From IMG/VR virus record IMGVR_UViG_3300044580_000446, positions 1 to 29,293 of that record: a DNA stretch of 29,293 nt. One strand, written 5' to 3'. A program made the translations under genes and the position numbers. This document shows positions 1 through 8,777 of this stretch, piece after piece. The DNA comes from a virus. Lineage: Duplodnaviria; Caudoviricetes. The notes under the pieces are model-generated. The model made no database searches and was not told the DNA's origin. It was given only the letters and a program-made list of their open reading frames with translations. The first letter of the stretch is position 1. Each line of letters starts with the position of its first letter.

Positions 1-50
1 TGTTTTTATTATTCTTGTATTTTTTGCTTGACTATTTTATAGTTAGCTCC

Positions 51-665
51 TTAAATTAATTTGAATTTGTTTTTCAGCCGTTCAAAATGTTTCTTTTTTC
101 TGGCGTCGTTTTCTGCCTTTTCCGTAACAGCTCTTTTCTCAGCAAGGTAATTCTCGTACCCTTTTACCGTCCTTACTCCCACATCGGTCTGTGTATAGGC
201 GGGAAAAGTCACCGGACTTACGTCAAAGAGTTTAACTTCCAGAAGTTCTCGTATATCGATATTATCCTCGGTACGCCACTCGTCCTTTAACACCACGAAC
301 CCGAAGCTCATCTGCGATATATCTCCTCTCGAGATGCTGACGCTTAAATCATTTGCCCATGAGGTATCGGGCGGGTGTATCCTGACGAACAAGCCTTTCT
401 TGTCTTCCCTAAGCTCCAGCGTCCCCGATTTGTTTCGACCAAGAACATAGTTGGGGTCATGATTGAACAGGGCGCGTATATCATCGCTTTCGATACTCTT
501 TTTAAAAGCGCCGGCACGAACCTTTTCCTTGAAGGGAAATATACCGCCGAGTGTTTCGCTCCAGCTGTCAAAAACCGACGCGTGACCTTCTATTACACGG
601 CTCCCGTTACTGGTTGAAACCCTTAGCTCATGTACCGGCAATGTCCGTATTTCATGTTTTTCCAT
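51..665 (-). CDS. HK97-family phage prohead protease
   Basis: Motifs IEGHASVF, ALFNHD, LGR, MSFGF and DVSPVTFPAY; directly downstream of and overlapping the portal gene; GGAGG RBS. Confidence 0.95.
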   Translation of the reverse strand: MEKHEIRTLPVHELRVSTSNGSRVIEGHASVFDSWSETLGGIFPFKEKVRAGAFKKSIESDDIRALFNHDPNYVLGRNKSGTLELREDKKGLFVRIHPPDTSWANDLSVSISRGDISQMSFGFVVLKDEWRTEDNIDIRELLEVKLFDVSPVTFPAYTQTDVGVRTVKGYENYLAEKRAVTEKAENDARKKKHFERLKNKFKLI

Positions 666-1887
666 CTGTTCCTCCGTTATTTATTTTTGCGGACACCATA
701 TTACCGTTTACCAGATAATCGTCGCCGCCCTTTTCCGCGGGGATAGGATTTAAGTCCTCCAATTCCCTGATGTCGTTTACGCTCAGCCATCCGTTTTGCC
801 TTGCGGTTGCGTATCCCTGCGTCCTTGTCGCAAAGTCTCCCCTAAGCAACCCGTCAACATTGAACCTCGCAAAATATATCTGCCGTTCAGTATCGGAAAG
901 AAGCGATCGGCCGATCTCCTGCTCCCATCTTACCAGCCAGGGTCTTATGGTATGCTGCACAAATTCTATCGACTGGTGTTCTATGTTAGAGAATGTTGCC
1001 CGCTCCAAATCGCCGACCAGATGCGGCGGAACTCTGAATATTCTGCATATCTCGTTTACCTGGTATTTGCGGGTTTCCAAAAACTGAGCGTCCTCCGGCG
1101 CGATGCCTATCGAATGGTACTTCATACCTTCCTCAAGCACCGCTACCTTATGGCTGTTCTTTGCCCCCTGATACACCTTGTTCCAGCTTTCACGAAGTTT
1201 CTCGGGATCTTTAAGTATTCCCGGATGCTCAAGCACGCCGCCTGGTCTTGCTCCGTTGCCGAAAAACTTTGCTCCGTATTCCTCCGTTGCCAGCGCCAAA
1301 CCGATTGCCTCCCTTGCCTGAGCTATCGGGCTTATACCCTTTAAGCCGTCGTAGGACAATCCCTTAACATGGAATATCTGGTCGGGGCGGTAGGTATATA
1401 CTTTTCCGGTGCTGTCGTCGGTATAATCGTATCTGATCTTCCCGCTTGTCTGGTCGCGCTCAACGCTCATGCATTGAGGTTTTAAATACCACAGCTCCTC
1501 CACATGGCCGTGCCTGACAATCTTTCTGGCATACGCGTTGCCGTATAGGAGCAGCGATGTCATCATTACTTCCCGCAGCTGAAAACTTGTCATCTCGCTG
1601 TTAGGCGTCTCATACAAACAGCTGTAGAGCGGATGTTCCTTCGCCTTCACTTTCATGTTCTTCTCTGTCTTATACAGATGGAGCGGCAGACTGGCTATCG
1701 TTTCGGCAAGTATCTTTACGCACGCATGCACCGCCGATGTCTGCATCGCCTTTTGCTCATCGACAAATACGCCGCTGTTAGCGCTTTGGTAATCGTCAAC
1801 TCCCGTAATAAAGTCTTTCAGCCTGTCGGGCATATTCCTCTTTCCAGGCGCGTCACGGCTGCGGCGGAATAATTCTTTCAATCCCAT
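652..1887 (-). CDS. HK97-family phage portal protein
   Basis: AVHACVKILAETIASLPL, LLYGNAY, GISPI, FFGNGARPGGVL, ICRIFRVPPHLVG, SNIEHQ; RBS GGGAGG at about 1892-1897. Confidence 0.96.
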   Translation of the reverse strand: MGLKELFRRSRDAPGKRNMPDRLKDFITGVDDYQSANSGVFVDEQKAMQTSAVHACVKILAETIASLPLHLYKTEKNMKVKAKEHPLYSCLYETPNSEMTSFQLREVMMTSLLLYGNAYARKIVRHGHVEELWYLKPQCMSVERDQTSGKIRYDYTDDSTGKVYTYRPDQIFHVKGLSYDGLKGISPIAQAREAIGLALATEEYGAKFFGNGARPGGVLEHPGILKDPEKLRESWNKVYQGAKNSHKVAVLEEGMKYHSIGIAPEDAQFLETRKYQVNEICRIFRVPPHLVGDLERATFSNIEHQSIEFVQHTIRPWLVRWEQEIGRSLLSDTERQIYFARFNVDGLLRGDFATRTQGYATARQNGWLSVNDIRELEDLNPIPAEKGGDDYLVNGNMVSAKINNGGTDGKT

Positions 1888-1901
1888 TTACCCTCCCAAT
1901 G

Positions 1902-1934
1902 AAAAACCGCCCTCGGCTTTAGAGAGCGGTTTTT
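1902..1934 (-). terminator. Intrinsic terminator (possibly bidirectional) between the 56-aa ORF and the portal gene
   Basis: AAAAACCGC...GCGGTTTTT inverted repeat with A/T tracts on both sides. Confidence 0.7.
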
Positions 1935-1956
1935 ATTTATTATCTTATACTTTTCT

Positions 1957-2127
1957 TTACCAGGTCTTGCAGACGTTGAACGCTATGAAGTCCATGCTCT
2001 TATCGCTCAGGTCTGCCCAGCCTTTGTAGTTTGTCCTTATTATGTATTGCAGCTTTTCGGTATTGATTTCTCTTTCGTAGAACCCTCTTTTTATCAGCTT
2101 TTTGTATGCGATTTCGTATGTTGTCAT
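1957..2127 (-). CDS. Small hypothetical protein, 56 aa (MTTYEIAYKKLIKRGFYEREINTEKLQYIIRTNYKGWADLSDKSMDFIAFNVCKTW); not in the ORF track
   Basis: Translated by hand; AAGGAG RBS upstream of ATG 2127; preceded by the repeated promoter and followed by a terminator. Confidence 0.75.
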   Translation of the reverse strand: MTTYEIAYKKLIKRGFYEREINTEKLQYIIRTNYKGWADLSDKSMDFIAFNVCKTW

Positions 2128-2156
2128 GGTTGTTTCTCCTTGTTTTTGTTAACATA

Positions 2157-2185
2157 ACAATACCGTAAATACCATAAAGAGCCCA
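2157..2185 (-). promoter_or_regulatory. Repeated cassette promoter, copy 1 (TGGGCT-N17-TATTGT, with TACGG before the -10)
   Basis: About 90 bp similar to 6786-6878; same spacing as the copies at 6818-6846 and 7102-7130. Confidence 0.65.
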
Positions 2186-2214
2186 GCGAAAAAGCGAAGA
2201 AAAACACATATTTT

Positions 2215-3579
2215 TTAATTATTTTTGTCGCTCAGTAATCCCGCATAAAGCGTCTCTTCCAACTCTTCGCCGCCGCGAATCAGCCTTATGCTTTTGTCGG
2301 GGAAATTCTTGTGATATCTCTTGACTATAACATCGCAGTATCTCTGATCAAGTTCTATCGCCCGGCATTTTCGATTCAGCTGCTCGGATGCAATAATCGT
2401 TGATCCGCTCCCCGCGAAAGGCTCATATACTGTATCGTTCTCATGGCTGCTGTTGTATATAAGCTTTGCGCAGAGGGTAATTGGTTTCATTGTCGGGTGG
2501 TCAGGAGATTTTACCGGCTTATTGTCGTGGATTACTGTTTTTTGTAGAGAAAACACTTTGTCCAATAGTTCTGACAGTTCATTTTTAGAAAGTTTTTTCA
2601 GATCTTTTCTGCCTTCCTCAAACACACTCTGATTGGTTCTGTCATCAATAAAGTAATGGCCCGCTCCCTCTTTCCAGCCGTATAGTATAGGCTCGTGTAT
2701 CCACTGGTAATCCTGCCTGCCGAGCGTAAAGTGGTTTTTATACCATACCAGTGTCTGGGCATACTTAAATCCCGAATTTACCATCGCCCTTATAAAGTTT
2801 ATGGTTTCTTTAGTTGAGTGGAATACATATGCGGCGGCGCCCGGTCTTAAGTTTTCGAATGCGGCTTTATAAAAATCCGACAGAAACTCGTAAAAGTCGC
2901 CGTCGGACAAATTATCATTTGCTATATCCCTGCCGGAAGCCATACCCCTGCTTTCCAATGACGTGCCGTAGTCAACATTATACGGAGGGTCGGTCACCAT
3001 AATATCGGCAAGCTTTCCGTCTAAAACGCGTTTTGCGTCGCCAGGTTTGGTGCTGTCGCCGCATAACAGCCTATGCTCTCCAAGTATCCATAGGTCTCCC
3101 GGCTTTGTCACAGGCTCTTCCAGGTTCTCCAATTCCTTGTCCGTGTCGAAGTTGTCTTCCTCGACATTCTCCATACTGCCCCTGCCGAAGAGTTCTTTTA
3201 TTTCGGTCAAGTCAAAACCCGTCATTGTGACATCATAGCCGCTTCTCTCCAAGTCCTGCAGAAGGTTTGTCAGCAAGATCTCGTTCCATGAACCGGATAT
3301 CTTATTAAGCGCTATATTCAAAGCTTTCTCTTTCTGCAAATCCAAGTCAACCACAACGCAGTCTACCTCGGCAAAGCCTAATTCCTTTAGTACTTTCAGC
3401 CTCTGATGACCGCCGACCACATTGCCCGTTTGACTGTTCCATATAACCGGTTCGACATAGCCGAATTCCTTTATGCTTCTCTTAAGTTTCTCGTATTCGG
3501 GATCTCCCGATTTCAGATCTTTTCTTGGGTTGTACTCAGCTGCTTTTATTTTTTCTATTGATATTTTCTTTATTTCCAT
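2215..3579 (-). CDS. ParB-like N-terminal domain fused to an N6-adenine/N4-cytosine DNA methyltransferase (beta-type motif order)
   Basis: N-terminal YNPRK...EFGYVEPVIWN...VGGHQRL (ParB/Srx fold); HRLLCGDS, TDPPYN, HPTMKP, EPFAGSGS. Confidence 0.92.
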   Translation of the reverse strand: MEIKKISIEKIKAAEYNPRKDLKSGDPEYEKLKRSIKEFGYVEPVIWNSQTGNVVGGHQRLKVLKELGFAEVDCVVVDLDLQKEKALNIALNKISGSWNEILLTNLLQDLERSGYDVTMTGFDLTEIKELFGRGSMENVEEDNFDTDKELENLEEPVTKPGDLWILGEHRLLCGDSTKPGDAKRVLDGKLADIMVTDPPYNVDYGTSLESRGMASGRDIANDNLSDGDFYEFLSDFYKAAFENLRPGAAAYVFHSTKETINFIRAMVNSGFKYAQTLVWYKNHFTLGRQDYQWIHEPILYGWKEGAGHYFIDDRTNQSVFEEGRKDLKKLSKNELSELLDKVFSLQKTVIHDNKPVKSPDHPTMKPITLCAKLIYNSSHENDTVYEPFAGSGSTIIASEQLNRKCRAIELDQRYCDVIVKRYHKNFPDKSIRLIRGGEELEETLYAGLLSDKNN

Positions 3580-3580
3580 A

Positions 3581-5152
3581 TTAAATAATGATTATTCCCC
3601 TTTCGTTATATATGCTTTCAACACTTTGATTTCTTAACGCTCTGTCAAGAGCCATTATCAAAGCCACAATTCCATCGATTTTCTCGGTGGACTTTTCCTT
3701 ATCCGGCTTTATATTTCCAGCCGGGTCTGTTCTTACCGTAACATTATCCGCCATCCAAGCGAGCGGTTCGTTGCCGCCGTGCGCAATCCGCTTTTCCAGC
3801 ACCAGTTTCATAAGTTCCTTTGTGGGGCTGCTCATGCTTGCGAAACCTTGCCCGAACGGAACCATTGTCAGTCCCATATCGCCAAGCCGCTGTACAATTT
3901 GAGCCGCGTTCCAACGGTCATAGGCAATCTCCTTTATATCAAATTTGTTTTTTAAAAGACCTATAAAAGTTTCAAGTTCTTCGTAGTGCATTACATTGCC
4001 TTCGGTAACCATTATTCTGCCTTTCTTCTGCCAGACATCATAGGGAACTTTATCTCTCCTTACTCTTAGTTCCAGCGTCTCTTCCGGCAGCCAAAAGTAC
4101 GGCAACACCATTAATTTTTCATCGGCTGTCCGCGGAGGAAACACAAGCACCAATGCCGTTATGTCCGTAGTGCTTGCAAGGTCTAATCCGCCGTAACACA
4201 CCCTGCCGGCAAGTTCACCCTCATCCACAGGAAACGAACACGCTTCCCATTTTTCCATCGGCATCCACCTTACCGACTGCTTAACCCATTGGTTGAGTCT
4301 TAACTGTCGGAACAAGTTTTCTTCAGCGGGGTTTTCTTTGGCGCTTAAGTATGCGCTCCTTAGTTTTGAGATGTCGACCGTTACGCCTAAACTGGGGTTC
4401 GCCTTTTTCCAGACTTCCTCGCTGCTCCAATCATCGTCATCGGCGGCTCCGTATATAACCGGATAAAATGTCGGGTCTTTGCGTTTGCCCCTTAAGATAT
4501 CCTCAGCCTTTCTGTGCTGCTCATAACAGATGCTGTGTCGATCCGTTCCCGCCGTTGTAATTAAAAAATACAGCGGCTGTTTTCTAGCGTCGCCTGAACC
4601 GTGGGTCATGACATCAAACAGGTCACGGTTTGGCTGTGCGTGCAATTCATCGAATATGACTCCGTGCACGTTGATTCCGTGCTTGGTATATGATTCTGCC
4701 GAAAGAACCTGATAAAATGAGTTAAGCGCAGGGTATACAATCCGCTTTTGGCTTGGTATGATTTTTACCACCTTTCTTAGCGTCTGGCATTGCTGCACCA
4801 TCTGGCAAGCGACATCAAACACAATACTCGCCTGGGAGCGGTCTGCCGCGCAACCGTATACCTCGGCGCCCCATTCGCCGTCACCGCAAAGCAGGTAAAG
4901 GGCAACGGCGGCTGCAAGTTCGGACTTGCCTTGCTTTTTTGGAATTTCTATGTATGCCATATTGTACTGTCTGTATCCGTTTTCCTTAACAGTCCCGAAT
5001 ATGTCGGTTATAATTTTGCGCTGCCACGGCAAAAGCTCAAACGGCTTGCCGTGCCACTCTCCCTTTGTGTGCTTTAAGGCTTCAATAAAGTTTACAGCAT
5101 GGTCGGCGAGTTTAGGATTATACCGGCTGTCTGATTTCTTTTTTACTGCCAC
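3581..5152 (-). CDS. terL: Terminase large subunit
   Basis: Walker A EIPKKQGKS, Walker B VIFDELH, ITTAG, nuclease motifs GLDLAS and KIDGIVA; GTG start at 5152 chosen from the GGGAGG RBS. Confidence 0.96.
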   Translation of the reverse strand: MAVKKKSDSRYNPKLADHAVNFIEALKHTKGEWHGKPFELLPWQRKIITDIFGTVKENGYRQYNMAYIEIPKKQGKSELAAAVALYLLCGDGEWGAEVYGCAADRSQASIVFDVACQMVQQCQTLRKVVKIIPSQKRIVYPALNSFYQVLSAESYTKHGINVHGVIFDELHAQPNRDLFDVMTHGSGDARKQPLYFLITTAGTDRHSICYEQHRKAEDILRGKRKDPTFYPVIYGAADDDDWSSEEVWKKANPSLGVTVDISKLRSAYLSAKENPAEENLFRQLRLNQWVKQSVRWMPMEKWEACSFPVDEGELAGRVCYGGLDLASTTDITALVLVFPPRTADEKLMVLPYFWLPEETLELRVRRDKVPYDVWQKKGRIMVTEGNVMHYEELETFIGLLKNKFDIKEIAYDRWNAAQIVQRLGDMGLTMVPFGQGFASMSSPTKELMKLVLEKRIAHGGNEPLAWMADNVTVRTDPAGNIKPDKEKSTEKIDGIVALIMALDRALRNQSVESIYNERGIIII

Positions 5153-5166
5153 TTTTCCTCCCAATT

Positions 5167-5195
5167 AAAAAAGAGCCGGGGAGCTGGCTCTTTTT
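5167..5195 (-). terminator. Intrinsic terminator immediately upstream of the terL RBS
   Basis: AAAAAGAGCC...GGCTCTTTTT hairpin with T tract. Confidence 0.75.
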
Positions 5196-5207
5196 GTCTG
5201 TTAAATA

Positions 5208-5429
5208 TTAAACTTTGCCGTCCAGGTCAACCAGGTCGACCTTTTCCCTTATATGAGACAACGCCTCGGCATAACTTTTGCTGTTTAACACGGCATCACG
5301 AAGGTCATTATACTCGGTTATGAGCCGTTGTTTTCTAAGCGCATCCCGCACTTTGGACAGCACTCGGAATATGTTCCCCGACTCACCGCCGCTGTGGAAT
5401 TCAATCCTCTGTTTTTTCGACGCCATCAT
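5208..5429 (-). CDS. Small hypothetical phage protein (about 73 aa; GNIFRVL...SYAEAL)
   Basis: GGAGG RBS at 5436-5440 supports a start at 5429 or 5426; last gene of the amidoligase cassette. Confidence 0.75.
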   Translation of the reverse strand: MMASKKQRIEFHSGGESGNIFRVLSKVRDALRKQRLITEYNDLRDAVLNSKSYAEALSHIREKVDLVDLDGKV

Positions 5430-5877
5430 CGCATTCCTCCCCATATGTTCCCATTCTCATTTTGGTATGTTCCAAGGCTTTTGTCAGGTGTACGGTATCA
5501 AGCCCCACATCTTCATATCCTTTGGCTATTGCGTCCAGATACCATTTGCTTGGAAGGCAGGGTATACCGTCGTTCATAAGATACATCATGCCTTTGACCG
5601 TTTCGCCGTTCAGCTCCACATCGACTATAGTTTTGCCGTATAATCTGGGATAACCCTCATATCGGTCTAAGGAGATTTCATCCTGCGGAGTGATGTCCCA
5701 TATCCCTACGGGAGTTTCCGCCTGGGGATCGGGTTCCAGGGTCGCCACCCCTCTGAATGTGAGCTGCCAGCCCTTGAGCATTGCCGTTCCCACGGGTTTT
5801 GCCGTGGGACAGCGTACAGCCATTTGCCTTAGGTTTAAGTTGCTTCCGTATGCTATATACAGTTTGTTGTTTTTCAT
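5401..5877 (-). CDS. Gamma-glutamylcyclotransferase (GGCT/AIG2-like) family protein
   Basis: LYIAYGSNL, MAVRCP, LDRYEGYP motifs; start moved to ATG 5877 (GGAGG RBS). Confidence 0.9.
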   Translation of the reverse strand: MKNNKLYIAYGSNLNLRQMAVRCPTAKPVGTAMLKGWQLTFRGVATLEPDPQAETPVGIWDITPQDEISLDRYEGYPRLYGKTIVDVELNGETVKGMMYLMNDGIPCLPSKWYLDAIAKGYEDVGLDTVHLTKALEHTKMRMGTYGEECDDGVEKTED

Positions 5878-5894
5878 TGCGCTTTCCTCCGTCC

Positions 5895-6788
5895 TTAAGC
5901 CGCTATCCTGCGGTTGTCTTTCCATGCTATGTCGCCTTCGAGTTTTTCGAGCAGGTGAAGCCTTGCGGTCTTGAACTCGTCTCCGTTCAGCCCCAGCCTT
6001 ATCAGCCATGTCCTGAAGGTGAACTTTTCGTTAGTCGTCACCGTCTTTCTTGCCGAGGCGCAGGTCTGTGTTTTTGCCTGGTGGCTTATCGCCAGGGCGA
6101 GTTGTATGTATGCTTTTATCTTGCCGGCGTGGGTTGTGGAGTTGAAGCACCTGAACTCTATCGTTCCTTTCTGCCATACCGAGTGCAGGTTGAGCGCATG
6201 GTATCTGCTCTGATGGTAGTGTTGGGATGCCCCGTCGTTTCCGTTGTACCATACCTTTCTGACAGCCGTTTCGGTGTTAACGCTCGGGCGGTTCAGTCTG
6301 TTTACCAGGCTGCTTTCCACTTTTTTGCACCATCTGCTTGCCCTTTCTTCATTTACATCCAGGGCTTTGAACAGCAGGTCTTCTTTGCTTGCCATGATGT
6401 TGACTATGTTTTTCAGCGAGCGGGCGGTGTGTCCGTCCTTGCCGATGTGGACATGTATGCCTGTCGAGTCGTTCACTCTCATCCCCGCCTTTCTGAGTTC
6501 CCTTACTATCGCCTGCACCGTTTCGATGTCGTCGTAGCGGCATATGGGGCTTACCAGTTCCACCTTGTAGTCATCGGTTGCCGTTGCGCCGTTTTTCCTC
6601 TCTGCCCTTATGCTTGCGTCGCTCATCAGCTTCCATATCCTGCCTGTGCTGTCGGCGACCTCGTAGGCGCTGTAGGTTCCTCCCACATAGCGTTCCGATG
6701 TACCGAAGTAGGCTGCTATCGTTTTTGCCGCATCGTATCTTGTCAGTCCTGTCATCTCGATTTCGATTCCGAAGGTTTGTGTTTTCAT
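5895..6788 (-). CDS. Putative amidoligase (COOH-NH2 ligase type 2, Amidoligase_2)
   Basis: FGIEIE, DASI, ELVSP, STGIHVHI, RYHALN, TIEFR; start ATG 6788 with AAGGAG RBS. Confidence 0.92.
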   Translation of the reverse strand: MKTQTFGIEIEMTGLTRYDAAKTIAAYFGTSERYVGGTYSAYEVADSTGRIWKLMSDASIRAERKNGATATDDYKVELVSPICRYDDIETVQAIVRELRKAGMRVNDSTGIHVHIGKDGHTARSLKNIVNIMASKEDLLFKALDVNEERASRWCKKVESSLVNRLNRPSVNTETAVRKVWYNGNDGASQHYHQSRYHALNLHSVWQKGTIEFRCFNSTTHAGKIKAYIQLALAISHQAKTQTCASARKTVTTNEKFTFRTWLIRLGLNGDEFKTARLHLLEKLEGDIAWKDNRRIAA

Positions 6789-6817
6789 GGTTTGCTCTCC
6801 TTTGTTTTTGTAACACA

Positions 6818-6846
6818 ACAATACCGTATAAAGGTTAAAGAGCCCA
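6818..6846 (-). promoter_or_regulatory. Repeated cassette promoter, copy 2 (TGGGCT-N17-TATTGT)
   Basis: Direct repeat of 2157-2185, upstream of the amidoligase gene. Confidence 0.65.
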
Positions 6847-6891
6847 GTGAAAACGCGTAGAAAAACACTATATTTTTAAGATTTTATAAAG

Positions 6892-6917
6892 AAAAAGCGG
6901 TAGTTTTCTACCGCTTT
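6892..6917 (-). terminator. Intrinsic terminator after the 51-aa ORF
   Basis: AAAGCGGTAG-TTTT-CTACCGCTTT perfect 10-bp stem with a T tract on the minus strand. Confidence 0.8.
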
Positions 6918-6924
6918 CCTATGT

Positions 6925-7080
6925 TCAAATTTTCTCAACGCTTACTTTAAAATTTGTTCCGTCAGTAAGCTTTACTGTTATAGCCTGGCCGTCTGCGCTT
7001 GTTTCTTTTACCAAGCCTTCGTCAGTGTCAACGACTATAAGTTCATGTACCAGGTCTAGGAATTCTTTGCTTTCCATCAT
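6925..7080 (-). CDS. Small hypothetical protein, 51 aa (MMESKEFLDLVHELIVVDTDEGLVKETSADGQAITVKLTDGTNFKVSVEKI); not in the ORF track
   Basis: Translated by hand; AAGGAGG RBS; has its own promoter copy and terminator. Confidence 0.75.
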   Translation of the reverse strand: MMESKEFLDLVHELIVVDTDEGLVKETSADGQAITVKLTDGTNFKVSVEKI

Positions 7081-7101
7081 CCGCCCTCCTTTTTATTAAG
7101 C

Positions 7102-7130
7102 AAGATACCGTAAAGAATTTATTTAGTCCA
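7102..7130 (-). promoter_or_regulatory. Repeated cassette promoter, copy 3 (TGGACT-N17-TATCTT)
   Basis: CTGGAC-N15-CGGTAT, the same spacing as copies 1 and 2. Confidence 0.6.
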
Positions 7131-7144
7131 GTACTATACTTGTC

Positions 7145-7666
7145 TTATTTATAATCTTTTTGAAATCTCAATATGATTCTTGACACATAGCTTTGGCTTA
7201 GGTTTATTTTTTCAGCTATTTCTTTTTGTTTGTATCCTTTAGCATACGCTTTGATTATTTTACGGTCACGCAAACTCTGTTTTTTCAGAAAGTTATCTAA
7301 ATCCAATATTTCCGCAACAGCGTCCAACTGTATTATCTTTGCGGGTAATATGTCCGACAGACAAAGTTCATTTCCCTCATCATCTTTAGAGACGGGTTCG
7401 TCAAGTGACTTGTCCTTATATATAAACCTGTTTACCTTCCTTAAAAACATAATCATTTGATTATGTATACAAAATGCCGCATATGTAGAGAACTTTATAT
7501 TCTTGCCGCCGTCAAAACTCTTTGCCGCTTTGACCAGACCTAGCATTCCTTCTGATATAATGTCGTCTCTGTAGAGTAAAACCGGCTGGGTTTGCCTTAG
7601 CTTATTGAACGTAAAATAAACGAGCTTTATATTATCAGTTACTAAATCATCTCTTAAACACGGCAT
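7145..7666 (-). CDS. Sigma-70 family RNA polymerase sigma factor, sporulation (SigK/SigE)-like
   Basis: Region 2 NIKLV...DIISEGMLGLVKAAKSFD...KFSTYAAFCIHNQMIMFLRK; SLDEPV...DDEGNELCLSDIL; region 4 QKEIAEKINLSQSYVSRI. Confidence 0.9.
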   Translation of the reverse strand: MPCLRDDLVTDNIKLVYFTFNKLRQTQPVLLYRDDIISEGMLGLVKAAKSFDGGKNIKFSTYAAFCIHNQMIMFLRKVNRFIYKDKSLDEPVSKDDEGNELCLSDILPAKIIQLDAVAEILDLDNFLKKQSLRDRKIIKAYAKGYKQKEIAEKINLSQSYVSRIILRFQKDYK

Positions 7667-8777
7667 CTCTCAGCTCCTTTACCCTATCCGCTATCTCCCA
7701 GGAGAACTTCTCGTTTCCAAAATGTCCGCCGGATGCGGTTGATGTATAGATTTGTTTTTTTAGGTCAAGAGCCTTTATGATTTCAGCCGGTCTGAAATCA
7801 AATACATCCAGGACGGCGTTTTCGATTGCCTTATCTCCTGCCCTGTTTGTGCCGAATGTATCGATGTTTACCGCCATAGGTTCTGCCTTGCCTATGGCAT
7901 AGGATATTGTTACCTGGCACTTATCCGCCAGACCGCCTTCCACAATGTTTTTGGCTATGTATCTGGCAAAGTACGCGCCGCTGCGATCAACCTTGCTTGG
8001 ATCTTTTCCGCTGAAGGCTCCGCCTCCGACAGGAACTCTAGGACCGTAAGAGTCGGCTACTATCTTTCTGCCGGTCAGTCCTGTGTCCGCTTCTATACCT
8101 CCTGTTACAAACCTGCCGCTTGGGTTTATTAAGATTTCTGTATCTTCAAGGTCAAAGTCAGCAAATACTGGATATATAACTTTTTCTGTTATTTCCGACC
8201 GCAGCTCTTCCATATCTTTATCCGGTTTGTGCTGTATGGATATTACAATCTTAGTAAAGCGAATAAATCTGTCTTCGTCGAACTCGGCGGACACCTGGCT
8301 TTTCCCGTCTAAGCCTATGCCCTGTATTTCTCCGTTGGCAAAGACTTGCTCTATTCTGTTAGTCAGCCTTCTTGCATAGGTGTACTCTAACGGCATAAAG
8401 TCTAATGTCTCGTCACAGGCATATCCGACCATAATTCCCTGGTCGCCCGCCCCTTGATTGTCCTCCGTTCCTACAGCTCCTGCTATATCCGGACTTTGGA
8501 CATTGACCGCGGTTTTTATTTCAACGCCGTCAAGGTTATATCCAACCTTTTTTGCCGCCGCTTTTACAATTGCGTTATAGTTTATGGTTGCAGTTGTTGT
8601 TATTTCGCCGCCTATTACTATTAGCCCTTTTGTCGCAAAGGTCTCGCATGCCACATGCGCGTCAGGGTCTTCTTTTAAACACATGTCAAGCACCATGTCA
8701 GACACCAAATCGCAGAATTTATCCGGATGACCGCTTGTCACCGATTCCGCCGTGTATATTCTTTTCATTCTCGTCAC
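7647..8777 (-). CDS. metK: S-adenosylmethionine synthetase (phage-borne)
   Basis: ESVTSGHPDK, QSPDI, GAGDQG, DGKSQV, DTGLTGRK and GGGAFSGKDPSKVDRS signatures. Confidence 0.97.
   Translation of the reverse strand: MTRMKRIYTAESVTSGHPDKFCDLVSDMVLDMCLKEDPDAHVACETFATKGLIVIGGEITTTATINYNAIVKAAAKKVGYNLDGVEIKTAVNVQSPDIAGAVGTEDNQGAGDQGIMVGYACDETLDFMPLEYTYARRLTNRIEQVFANGEIQGIGLDGKSQVSAEFDEDRFIRFTKIVISIQHKPDKDMEELRSEITEKVIYPVFADFDLEDTEILINPSGRFVTGGIEADTGLTGRKIVADSYGPRVPVGGGAFSGKDPSKVDRSGAYFARYIAKNIVEGGLADKCQVTISYAIGKAEPMAVNIDTFGTNRAGDKAIENAVLDVFDFRPAEIIKALDLKKQIYTSTASGGHFGNEKFSWEIADRVKELRDAVFKR

Noticed and set aside
2000-2209. 69-aa minus-strand ORF in the track
   Set aside because: It runs through the promoter repeat with no RBS; the RBS-supported gene is 1957-2127 in another frame.
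5781-6860. 359-aa plus-strand ORF
   Set aside because: Antisense shadow of the amidoligase gene; no RBS or recognisable motifs.
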